A stretch of DNA of 64,000 bases, taken from the NCBI GenBank assembly GCA_050633825.1, contig JBOEHG010000019.1, positions 881-64,880 of the forward strand, given 5' to 3'. Source of the stretch: Cellvibrionaceae bacterium. Lineage in GTDB: Bacteria; Pseudomonadota; Gammaproteobacteria; Pseudomonadales; Cellvibrionaceae. Of the stretch, positions 8,771-17,940 are shown one piece after another. The notes under the pieces were generated by a model. The model was not told the origin of the DNA. It was given only the letters and a program-made list of their open reading frames with translations, and searched no databases. The position numbers and the translations under genes are program-made. Numbering within the stretch: position 1 is the first letter of the stretch; each line of letters begins with the position of its first letter.

Positions 8771-11341
8771 ATGGTTGATGCAAAAAAAGAAAGTCCTGAT
8801 GGGCAAGTTGACTCGTTAATCAGTAGTGAGACGGGGCGTCTTGATCACAATTCTTTACCGGGAAAAGTGGTCTGGTGTACACTCCTCGTGTGGTCTGCGT
8901 TCCAGCTATGGTACGCTTCCCCGCTACCTTATGCCTTCAATTTTCTGGTGTTAAATGAAGACCAGGCAAAATATGTTCATTTAGCCTTTGCTCTATTTTT
9001 GTCATTTAACCTGTTCTACGACTATTCTCAAAAACCACATAAATTTAAACCTTATTTAAGGTTGCTACTGGGTTTAGTGGCAATTGTGCCCGTTCTTTAT
9101 ATGTTGATTTTTAAAGATGATGTCAGCAGCCGTGCGGGCAACCCAACCAGTGCCGATGTGATTTTCGCAATGTCGGGTATTTTTTTCCTATTAATAGCAA
9201 CCAGAAAAGCCTTGGGCTTACCGTTGTTGATTGTTGGTATAGTCTTTCTCTTGTTCAGCGTCTTGGGGCCCTATATGCCTGACGTTATTTCCCACAAGGG
9301 AGCATCAATTAATGCGCTTGCCTCTCATCAGTTTCTCACGTCAGAGGGTATTTTTGGTGTTGCTCTGGGTGTGTCGACTACATTTGTCTTTTTGTTTGTT
9401 TTACTAGGTGCTTTTTTGGATGTAGCCGGTGCCGGTAATTTTTTCATCAAGCTATCTTTTTCTATGTTGGGTCACTTTAGAGGGGGGCCAGCTAAGGCTT
9501 CTGTCGTTGCGTCGGGCCTAAGCGGCATTGTGTCGGGATCCTCTATTGCAAATGTAGTCACAACGGGGACTTTTACTATTCCCTTGATGAAGCGAGTTGG
9601 ATTTTCAGGAGAAAAAGCCGGGGCAATTGAGGTTGCTGCATCGACTAATGGTCAGTTAACACCGCCGATTATGGGTGCTGCTGCATTCTTAATGGTCGAA
9701 TATATTGGAATACCTTATATAGATGTTATAAAGCACGCCATACTTCCTGCTTTGGTTTCCTACATCGCGCTTTTATTTATTGTGCATCTAGAAGCCACCA
9801 AGCTTAAAATTGAAGGAATAAAACGAGATTACACACCCACTGTATCTGAGCGCTTGTTATCTTATTGTACTTCCATTGTCGGTATTCTAGGCCTTGGAGC
9901 AGCTGTTTACTATATAACGACTTGGCTTGAAGCGGCATTGGGAGCCTCTTCTTATTGGGTGATGTCCGCTCTTTTGATTGCCGCTTATATTCTTTTGGTT
10001 AGGCTCTCCGCAAAATACCCTGATCTGGAAATTGATGACCCCAAAGCCCCGATTTTGACTTTACCTGATACTAAGAAAACGCTTTACGCAGGATTGTATT
10101 TTTTAATTCCCATTGTTGTTTTACTTTGGGCCTTAACGGTCAAACGATTTTCTCCGCCACAATCTGCCTTTTTCTCTTTGTTATTTTTGATTTTTATCGT
10201 TATCTCCCATAAACCACTCAAGTCCTTCTTTCGTGGAGAAAGCGATTGGCTAGCTGGATTGAAAGTTGGTTTTAATGATTTTCTTGAAGGTATGGTTAAT
10301 GGATCAAGAAACATGATTGGTATTGCCATTGCTACAGCAGCGGCAGGGATCATTGTGGGTACTGTTACATTGACAGGCTTGGGCCAAATGATGACAGCCT
10401 TTGTTGAGTTTATCTCTGCCGGTAACCTGTTATTAGTGCTTTTATTCACAGCGGTTATTTGTATTGTATTGGGTATGGGATTGCCAACTACGGCTAACTA
10501 TATTGTGGTCTCATCTCTAATGGCGCCAGTGATTGTGACGCTTGCAGCGGATAACGGTTTAGTCGTTCCTTTGATTGCGGCACACCTTTTTGTCTTTTAT
10601 TTTGGTATTTTGGCTGATGATACTCCACCTGTAGGCTTAGCTGCTTTTGCTGCAGCGGCTATTTCAGGAGCAGACTCTGTAAGGACGGGTGTTCAGGGTT
10701 TTATTTATGACATTCGTACAGCAGTACTTCCTTTTATGTTTATCTTCAATACAAAGCTGTTGTTGATTGGCATTGAGTCAGTATTTGATTTGTTATTAAC
10801 AATAGCGGGAACCGTTGTCGCCATTTTAAGCTTTTCTGCTGCCACCCAAGGTTTTTGGTTAGTAAAAAATAAACTTTGGGAAACAGCTTTGTTGTTGTTC
10901 ATTACATTTGCTTTATTCCGACCTGATTTTTGGATGGATATGATAGAAGAACCCTATCAAGCATTCCCAGCGGCTGGTCACCTTGAAGCAGTGATCAAAG
11001 CATCTGCACCAAAAGACTATTTAAGAATACAAGTGCAAGGTATGAGTCTTGAGGGCGATGAAGTCGATAGAATTGTAAGCCTTGCTATTCCTGATGCTAA
11101 GACAGTTGAAGGGCGTTTACAAGAAATGGGTCTGACGTTAAGTACTTCAAACGATGAGGTTAAAGTTGATTCAGTAATGTTTGGTAGTCCTGCACAAAAA
11201 GTAGGAGTGGATTTTGACTGGACAATTAGTCAGGTCTTTAAACCGTCTGACAGAATAGCCAATGAGTGGCTGTTCTTGCCTGCATTATTTCTCTTGTGGT
11301 TTGTTGGCTATTTACAATCAAGACGTAGAGATCAGCTATAA
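8771..11341 (+). CDS. TRAP transporter fused permease (TAXI-type, DctQM-like) with a C-terminal soluble extension
   Basis: About 856 aa and polytopic throughout. The C-terminal ~130 aa (..IQVQGMSLEGDEVDRIV..VMFGSPAQKVGVDFDW..) resembles the DUF3394 extension seen on TAXI permeases, plus a final TM. ATG 8771 preferred over the ORF-track TTG 8756. Confidence 0.88.
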   Translation: MVDAKKESPDGQVDSLISSETGRLDHNSLPGKVVWCTLLVWSAFQLWYASPLPYAFNFLVLNEDQAKYVHLAFALFLSFNLFYDYSQKPHKFKPYLRLLLGLVAIVPVLYMLIFKDDVSSRAGNPTSADVIFAMSGIFFLLIATRKALGLPLLIVGIVFLLFSVLGPYMPDVISHKGASINALASHQFLTSEGIFGVALGVSTTFVFLFVLLGAFLDVAGAGNFFIKLSFSMLGHFRGGPAKASVVASGLSGIVSGSSIANVVTTGTFTIPLMKRVGFSGEKAGAIEVAASTNGQLTPPIMGAAAFLMVEYIGIPYIDVIKHAILPALVSYIALLFIVHLEATKLKIEGIKRDYTPTVSERLLSYCTSIVGILGLGAAVYYITTWLEAALGASSYWVMSALLIAAYILLVRLSAKYPDLEIDDPKAPILTLPDTKKTLYAGLYFLIPIVVLLWALTVKRFSPPQSAFFSLLFLIFIVISHKPLKSFFRGESDWLAGLKVGFNDFLEGMVNGSRNMIGIAIATAAAGIIVGTVTLTGLGQMMTAFVEFISAGNLLLVLLFTAVICIVLGMGLPTTANYIVVSSLMAPVIVTLAADNGLVVPLIAAHLFVFYFGILADDTPPVGLAAFAAAAISGADSVRTGVQGFIYDIRTAVLPFMFIFNTKLLLIGIESVFDLLLTIAGTVVAILSFSAATQGFWLVKNKLWETALLLFITFALFRPDFWMDMIEEPYQAFPAAGHLEAVIKASAPKDYLRIQVQGMSLEGDEVDRIVSLAIPDAKTVEGRLQEMGLTLSTSNDEVKVDSVMFGSPAQKVGVDFDWTISQVFKPSDRIANEWLFLPALFLLWFVGYLQSRRRDQL

Positions 11342-11351
11342 AATAAGATCT

Positions 11352-11399
11352 ATGCCCCGTCTTTTATTCTTCATAGGAGATGGGGTATTGATGATTTTT
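11352..11399 (+). terminator. Probable terminator after the TRAP permease
   Basis: ATGCCCCGTCT (11352-11362) pairs with AGATGGGGTAT (11378-11388): 11 bp with two G-U pairs. A TTTTT run lies at 11395-11399. Confidence 0.5.
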
Positions 11400-11661
11400 G
11401 TGACAATCTTCGATTATTTGTAGGAAATACCTACGACATTTCTTTAAGTTTTACTCAAAAGCTGTTCTTTATTAAGAACTTTTCTTTATTTTCTTGCAAA
11501 GTGTCAAATTGCTGACTATATACTATTTGTTATTCTGTTATATCAGATCGTTGTATTAGAGTATGTGTATTAATCTTTATTGTTGTTACTGAATTGAATA
11601 ATGACTATTTCCTAGACAAATGCTGGTGAAGTAGTTTCTTATATAAACAATAGGTGACACG

Positions 11662-13422
11662 ATGACTCTTGCATCCAAGCTACCGATTAAGCCGGTAGTG
11701 TTAAATGAACAGCAGGCAGAAAATGAAAAAGTATTGTTGGTTATCGACAACAATGCAGCAGATCTGTCACTAATTCACCGTTTAGTTAAAACTAAAAAGC
11801 ATTCGCTTCTATTCCGTGTAGTTGAATCCACCTCCTGTAAAAAAGCAAGTAAATTGCTGCGCTCTGCTAAGCCGAGTTGTTGTCTTATTAGTTACCAGCA
11901 ACCGATGGATGAAGTTTTGGATTTTCTAAAATCATTACGCCGCAGTAAACTGCATGAAAATATACCGGTCATTATTTTGGCCGATAAAGGTGAAGGGGAT
12001 GCACGTTGTGCCGTTGAGATGATGCACCATGGGGCTCAGGATTATCTGGTCAGAGATGAATTAACGGAAAATTTATTACGACGCAGTATTACAAGCGCCA
12101 TCTATACCTGTGATTTTCAAAAAAACTTACGCCAATTAGCTCATTACGATCAACTTACAGGTTTACTAAATCGTAACCTATTTCTTGACCGATTAGATAA
12201 TACCCTCAAGAACTGTGACCGTTATCAGCAAGGTTGTTCTCTATTGTATGTTGATGTGGATAACTTTAAAGTAGTGAATGATTGTTATGGCCATGATGCA
12301 GGGGATATTTTACTGCAAACTATAGCGGAGCGTATAAAATTCAATTGCCGTTCGACGGACAGTACCGCTAGATTAGGAGGCGACGAGTTTGCAATTCTTA
12401 TCAGCCAAGTTGATAAAGCAACCGCAAATCAAACTGCAGAAAAAATCCTTGAAAAAGTTTCTGAACCGGTATTAATTAATGCACAAAAATTACATGTCTC
12501 CCTTTCTATTGGTGTGGCACATTACCCTGATACAGCAGCCAATATTAATGAGTTAATGGAACAGGCTGATCAAGCAATGTACCGTGTTAAGCAGACAGGC
12601 AAGGCGCGTTACTTTCAGTTTTCTCAAAACCAGAAGCTTCAATGGGAAAGGCGTAGCCGTTTAGAGGCAATGTTGCCTCAAGCAATAAACGATAATGAGC
12701 TCAATATCGTTTTTCAGCCGATCTTTAATACCTCTGATAATTCGTTATACAGTATTGGGGTTATGAGTGCTTGGTCTCCGGGACGTTATAAAGTGTCTAC
12801 AGATGAAATAAAAATAATGGTTGAACGACTCAGCTTATTTGAAGCATATTATCAATGGATGATCAATGAAGCTCTAAAACAATATAGGTTATTCGATGAA
12901 TTTTCTTTGAATTTGCCGATTGATTATTGCGCTAATGAAGTATTAGTTGATTATTTAAGGGACGCATTGAAAAGATATGAGATAAGCCCGGAGAGAGTAG
13001 AAATTGATATCACAGAAAAAACTATTATGACTGATATTGCCCAGAGTCGAAAAATATTAAAGCTGTTAAAAAAATTGGGTGTGAGAATTACGATTGATGA
13101 TTTTGGTGGTGGCTACAGTTCTGTAGATGATTTGGTAACATTACCGTTAGATAATTTAAAAATAGGGCCCTGTTGTTATGCTGGCGCAGAAACTAATGTC
13201 CAAAAATATAAAACCACGGAAGCAGTAACCTTGCTGGGTCATGCTTTAGGTTTGAAAGTGATAGCAAAAGACATTGACCACAAAGAACAGTATCAGCTTA
13301 TTAAAACGATAGGTTGCGATTATTTACAAGGTGCTTATTTGTCAGAAGCCTATGATAGTCTCAGTGATTACCAGCAATATATGTTGCTTTCGCCTTGTAT
13401 TTCCAGCGCGATTCAATCGTAA
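11662..13422 (+). CDS. Pseudo-receiver - GGDEF - degenerate EAL protein
   Basis: 586 aa. GGDEF is intact (RLGGDEFAIL) with an RxxD I-site (RSTD) 5 residues upstream. REC lacks the phospho-acceptor Asp (CCLISYQQP), the Thr (IILAD) and the Lys (DYLVRD). EAL motifs are degraded (GVM for EAL, KIG for KID, KDID for EGVE). Confidence 0.9.
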   Translation: MTLASKLPIKPVVLNEQQAENEKVLLVIDNNAADLSLIHRLVKTKKHSLLFRVVESTSCKKASKLLRSAKPSCCLISYQQPMDEVLDFLKSLRRSKLHENIPVIILADKGEGDARCAVEMMHHGAQDYLVRDELTENLLRRSITSAIYTCDFQKNLRQLAHYDQLTGLLNRNLFLDRLDNTLKNCDRYQQGCSLLYVDVDNFKVVNDCYGHDAGDILLQTIAERIKFNCRSTDSTARLGGDEFAILISQVDKATANQTAEKILEKVSEPVLINAQKLHVSLSIGVAHYPDTAANINELMEQADQAMYRVKQTGKARYFQFSQNQKLQWERRSRLEAMLPQAINDNELNIVFQPIFNTSDNSLYSIGVMSAWSPGRYKVSTDEIKIMVERLSLFEAYYQWMINEALKQYRLFDEFSLNLPIDYCANEVLVDYLRDALKRYEISPERVEIDITEKTIMTDIAQSRKILKLLKKLGVRITIDDFGGGYSSVDDLVTLPLDNLKIGPCCYAGAETNVQKYKTTEAVTLLGHALGLKVIAKDIDHKEQYQLIKTIGCDYLQGAYLSEAYDSLSDYQQYMLLSPCISSAIQS

Positions 13423-13552
13423 GCTATAAGTAGCTTTAAGGCTTATAACATAATATTTTTTAATTAAAGAGCGTGGTTATATAGTTTTTACTATACTCAT
13501 ATAAATTACCATAAATTTTTTCGTCATTTTCAACCTAATAAGGTTCCAACTA

Positions 13553-15310
13553 ATGGATGCAGCAAACGACTGGCCCAAAAATAATAATACTTTATTGATT
13601 GTTGATGATAACCCTGCTGATAGAGAGTTGTTTTGTCAGCTTATTCTACAAAACCAACATGCTTCACCTTTTTCAGTACTTGAGGCAAGTTCTTGTAATA
13701 AAGCACTAGAAATGATCGCGTCACATCAGCCAAGTTGTTGCCTTGTTGACTATCAACTACCTGTTAATAATGGTTTAGAGTTTTTGAAGTCCATTCGACG
13801 TATGGAATATGGAGAAAGTATTCCGGTTATAATTATGACGGGAGAAGGCGACGAAAGAATTGCTGTAGAAATGATGCGTAATGGTGCTCAGGACTATTTG
13901 GTCAAACATGATATTACTTCCCAGAGCCTTATTCATAGCATTACCAATGCTATACATACATGTGAACTGCAAACAAAACTGCGTCATTTAGCTCATTACG
14001 ATAATTTAACAGGCTTATTAAATCGCAGTTTATTTCTCGATCGTTTGCAGACCGCCATAGATCAATGCGATCGCTATGGGCAGACCTGTTCACTGCTCTA
14101 TATTGATGTGGATAATTTTAAACAGGTTAATGACCAGTATGGTCATGATGCTGGCGATGTATTGCTTAAAGCTATTGGTGAAAGGGTTAAGTTAAATTGT
14201 CGTATGACGGACAGTGCTGCCCGACTTGGTGGTGATGAGTTCGCTATTTTACTAAGTCATATCAATGAAACAGATACCAATCTGGCGGCTGAAAAAATTC
14301 TGAATAAAGTGTCTGAACCTGTCTTACTCGAATCTCAAAGCATCCATATTTCGCTTTCAATCGGTATTGCTCATTATCCTTATACTGCAGGGAACTTACA
14401 TGAGTTAATGCGTCAAGCGGATGAAGCCATGTACCGAGCAAAAAAGACAGGTAAAGCACGTTATTTTCGTTTTACAAGAGAGCAAAAAGAGCAGTGGGAG
14501 CGAAAAAATGCTTTAGAAACAATGTTACCTAAAGCTTTGGAAAATAATGATTTTAAATTAGCATTTCAGCCTATTATTAATGCACAGGATCAATCATTAC
14601 ACAGCCTCGAGGTGCTTGTTAGATGGTTTCCTGAAGGATACGATGTTACTGCCACGGAAATGATCGAAATGATTGAGCGCTTGGGCTTGTTTGATCCTTA
14701 TCATGTCTGGTTGATCAACACTAGTTTGCAACAATTACACCAGTGGCAAAAAATGAACCCTGATTTACACGTGTGCCTGAATATTCCAGCCAACCAGTGC
14801 CATAGTGATTTAGTCGTTGATTGCTTACGTAAAGCAATGGAGACCTACCGCATTCAGCCTGAACAAATAGAGTTGGAAATTACAGAAACCACTTTAATGA
14901 AACACCCAACGCTAAGCACTAAATTACTGCAGTCCATGCAAGGGGAAGGCGTTAGGATTGCCATTGATGATTTTGGTGCTGGCTACAGTTCCATGTCTTA
15001 TCTGACAACATTACCTTTAAATACTTTGAAAATTGATCAAAAATTTTTTATTGGTATGGAAAAAAATAACCGTAATCGTAAAGTGGTTGATGCTGTCACT
15101 GCTCTTGGGCATAGTTTAGGGCTGCAGGTGGTGGCTGAAGGTGTTGAAACAGAAGCTCAATATCAAATGGCCAGAGAAATAGGTTGTGATTATATACAAG
15201 GGTTTTATTTTGGAAGGCCTCAGCTAGGAGACTTGGATTGGAAAAACTTTGCTGATCAATTTCCGGTGCTATCGCTCGCTGATAATTACAAGGCCATTGA
15301 TAACTTATAG
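13553..15310 (+). CDS. REC-GGDEF-EAL response regulator (all three domains look canonical)
   Basis: 585 aa. REC has VDDN, CCLVDYQLP, IIMTGEG and DYLVKHD. GGDEF has RLGGDEFAIL with the RMTD I-site. EAL set is EVL, ELEITE, DDFGAGYSS, KIDQKF, EGVETE, QGFY. Confidence 0.92.
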   Translation: MDAANDWPKNNNTLLIVDDNPADRELFCQLILQNQHASPFSVLEASSCNKALEMIASHQPSCCLVDYQLPVNNGLEFLKSIRRMEYGESIPVIIMTGEGDERIAVEMMRNGAQDYLVKHDITSQSLIHSITNAIHTCELQTKLRHLAHYDNLTGLLNRSLFLDRLQTAIDQCDRYGQTCSLLYIDVDNFKQVNDQYGHDAGDVLLKAIGERVKLNCRMTDSAARLGGDEFAILLSHINETDTNLAAEKILNKVSEPVLLESQSIHISLSIGIAHYPYTAGNLHELMRQADEAMYRAKKTGKARYFRFTREQKEQWERKNALETMLPKALENNDFKLAFQPIINAQDQSLHSLEVLVRWFPEGYDVTATEMIEMIERLGLFDPYHVWLINTSLQQLHQWQKMNPDLHVCLNIPANQCHSDLVVDCLRKAMETYRIQPEQIELEITETTLMKHPTLSTKLLQSMQGEGVRIAIDDFGAGYSSMSYLTTLPLNTLKIDQKFFIGMEKNNRNRKVVDAVTALGHSLGLQVVAEGVETEAQYQMAREIGCDYIQGFYFGRPQLGDLDWKNFADQFPVLSLADNYKAIDNL

Positions 15311-15419
15311 TTATTTTTCCGCTCCATACCTCCTACTATTATAAAAGCTTTCACTTCTCGTCAGGGTGTTATTTTGTTATTGTTGTTAAAAGTGCAAATT
15401 AAGATATAGAGATATTGCT

Positions 15420-15860
15420 ATGACTACAACACCGATTGAAATACTTATGGTTGAAGATAACCCGGGTGATGTTGAATTAACCCGTGAAGCACTGGCGACT
15501 GGTAAATTTCGTAATAACTTACATATAACAGAAGATGGTGAAAAAGCACTCGATTTTTTATATCAGCGCGGTGAGTTTACTAATGCGCCTCGGCCAGATT
15601 TGGTATTATTGGACTTAAATTTACCCAAAGTAAGTGGTAGAGAAGTTTTAGCTGATGTTAAATCCAATGATAAACTTATGTCTATTCCTGTTGTTGTTCT
15701 TTCAAGCTCAGAAGATGCTCGTGATATTGAGGCAACTTATGAGCTTAATGCTAATAGTTTTGTCACAAAGCCGGTACGCATTGAAGACTTTTTACAGGTT
15801 GCTCAAGCCATTGAGCATTTTTGGATAGAAATAGTAAAATTGCCTAGTGGTAAAAACTAA
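15420..15860 (+). CDS. Single-domain CheY-like response regulator (Rcp1-like class)
   Basis: 146 aa. ILMVEDNPGDVELTREAL.., acceptor LVLLDLNLP, SFVTKP. Confidence 0.92.
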   Translation: MTTTPIEILMVEDNPGDVELTREALATGKFRNNLHITEDGEKALDFLYQRGEFTNAPRPDLVLLDLNLPKVSGREVLADVKSNDKLMSIPVVVLSSSEDARDIEATYELNANSFVTKPVRIEDFLQVAQAIEHFWIEIVKLPSGKN

Positions 15861-15899
15861 GACCATAATGATGATTTACTTTACATACAGGAATGGCTA

Positions 15900-16343
15900 A
15901 TGTCCTCGATGCCCATAGAAGTGTTACTGGTTGAAGATAATCCCGGGGATATAGAGTTAACACGAGAAGCTCTCTCTGCTGGGAAACTGATTAATAATAT
16001 TCACGTTGTTGAAGATGGAGAAGAGGCGCTGGATTTTTTGTATCAAGAAAAACAGTATGTAAATGTCTCCCGCCCGGACTTAATATTGTTAGATTTGAAC
16101 TTACCCAAACTGAATGGCAGGGAGGTGCTAGCTAAGATCAAATCCAACCCAGAATTATCGTCAATTCCTGTTGTTATTCTTTCAAGTTCCGAAGACGCCG
16201 ATGATATAGAAAAAGCCTACTCCTTGAGTGCCAATAGCTTTGTGACCAAACCAGTTCGTGTAAATGATTTTGTTCGTGTGGCACAAACCCTTGAGGATTT
16301 TTGGATTGGCATTGTTAAGTTACCCAGTTTAAAAAATAGTTAG
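15900..16343 (+). CDS. Single-domain CheY-like response regulator, tandem paralog of the previous gene
   Basis: 147 aa. VLLVEDNPGDIELTREAL.., LILLDLNLP, SFVTKP. Collinear with the upstream paralog along its whole length. Confidence 0.92.
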   Translation: MSSMPIEVLLVEDNPGDIELTREALSAGKLINNIHVVEDGEEALDFLYQEKQYVNVSRPDLILLDLNLPKLNGREVLAKIKSNPELSSIPVVILSSSEDADDIEKAYSLSANSFVTKPVRVNDFVRVAQTLEDFWIGIVKLPSLKNS

Positions 16344-16377
16344 TCAGCCCCATTTATTGTTTTTCTGTCCTACGGAT

Positions 16378-17820
16378 TTAGGAAAGTACACTTTTTAATG
16401 CTGTCGGGTATTTTTCTTTCAGTGTCAGCCAGTTTTGTTTTTGCTTGTCTTTTCCTATCTTTGCTGTTTGTATTTTCCATTCTGTAGCGGTGATATCCAA
16501 GGCTTGTTTCGCAGATAAAGACCCTTTATAAGCTAAGTGAATATTCTCTTGTAATACCGATAAATAGGCACTTTGATTTTGAATATAAAAATCTGGGATA
16601 CTATTTTTCATACTGAATTTATGGGCAGATAAGAAGTCAGGTGAATAGGTTTCTTGGATTTCTTTATTGGTGTAATGTTCTTCTCTAAAAGGGTCAAAAT
16701 AACCATCTTGTTGTACCGATAAAGTCGACATCACTGGACTGCAGGCATAAAGCGTAAATAGATAAGCAATTTCTTTTTCTGGGCAAAGCGAGGAAACCAC
16801 ATAATTCCAACCCCAGTTAAAGATAGGGCAGCTAATAGTTTTTTCTTTAATACGACCGCCGGGTGTGGGTCCATAATATAGATTATCTTTGACCTTGGAT
16901 TTGTCGCTATTAAAGTACTTTTGACTGCCACCCCAGCCGATATTGCAAAATGTTTGGTTTTCACCAAATGTTGCCCAGTTTTCAAAGAGGCCGTCACTGT
17001 CGGTTTTGGGGTGTAAATATTGCGATACCTTAATCATATCTTCTAAGGCACTGATTCCGGCAGCATTATTGATTTGCGGGTTACCCTGATTATCCATTGG
17101 ATAATAACCTTTAGCATGAAAGCGTGACCACCATTCCCAAGCGCCATAACCTGGCGTGCGAAATAAGCAGCCCCCGTATTGTTGTTTAGCCGGTTGATGA
17201 AAAAAACGAATCATATCGTCTAATTGTTGCCACGTTTTGGGCAGGGCTAATGGATAACCGTATTGTCCCTCGAATTGCTTTTGCTTATCACTATCGTCAA
17301 GCATGGCTTTGTTATAAAACATTACATAGGTGTCGCCATCGGTTTGATAGCCATAAAACTGGCCATTAACATAATCCCCGTAGTCATAGAGCTGATAGTT
17401 TTTATAGTCGGCAGGCTCATACTTTTTTGTGTATGTATCTAAAGGTTCCAGTGCCCCTGCGCTCACAAGGTCAGGGATGCCAAAGGTAGCCGGGAGTGCA
17501 ATATCAAAGACATGTTGGTCCTGTGCGGATTTAAAAATAATGGTTGAATTAATATCGTCAACGCCAGTTTCTTTTAGATCAAACGTAATGCCGGTAGCTT
17601 GAGTAAAACGGTCAGTCAGTGGTTGTAAATTAGCTAAGCAGCCTTTTGGGTACAATATGGACAGTGTTATTTTTTTATCTTGTGTTAACTTATTCACACA
17701 AGTCAAAATGCTGCTATCTAAATTTTCCAGTTGTTTTGTATGGCTGCTCGCATTTGACATTAAGGGGTGAGCAGCAGCCAGAATAGAACTACGGGTTAAA
17801 AACTGTCGGCGTGTCAGCAT
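16378..17820 (-). CDS. Tat-exported extracellular solute-binding protein (family-1/sugar-type SBP), orphan
   Basis: 480 aa. Twin-arginine motif MLTRRQFLTRSS. Size and Trp/Tyr-rich pattern fit family-1 SBPs. No ABC permease or ATPase genes are adjacent. Divergent from the histidine kinase. Confidence 0.75.
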   Translation of the reverse strand: MLTRRQFLTRSSILAAAHPLMSNASSHTKQLENLDSSILTCVNKLTQDKKITLSILYPKGCLANLQPLTDRFTQATGITFDLKETGVDDINSTIIFKSAQDQHVFDIALPATFGIPDLVSAGALEPLDTYTKKYEPADYKNYQLYDYGDYVNGQFYGYQTDGDTYVMFYNKAMLDDSDKQKQFEGQYGYPLALPKTWQQLDDMIRFFHQPAKQQYGGCLFRTPGYGAWEWWSRFHAKGYYPMDNQGNPQINNAAGISALEDMIKVSQYLHPKTDSDGLFENWATFGENQTFCNIGWGGSQKYFNSDKSKVKDNLYYGPTPGGRIKEKTISCPIFNWGWNYVVSSLCPEKEIAYLFTLYACSPVMSTLSVQQDGYFDPFREEHYTNKEIQETYSPDFLSAHKFSMKNSIPDFYIQNQSAYLSVLQENIHLAYKGSLSAKQALDITATEWKIQTAKIGKDKQKQNWLTLKEKYPTALKSVLS

Positions 17821-17940
17821 AGTGATTATTCCAAGGCGATGAATAGGAAGGTTGTCAAATCAGCAGAGTTGTGTGCAGTGTTGTCTATTGCGTGCTAAGC
17901 TCTAACCATAACTATATAGCAAACAATAACCTATACCGCA

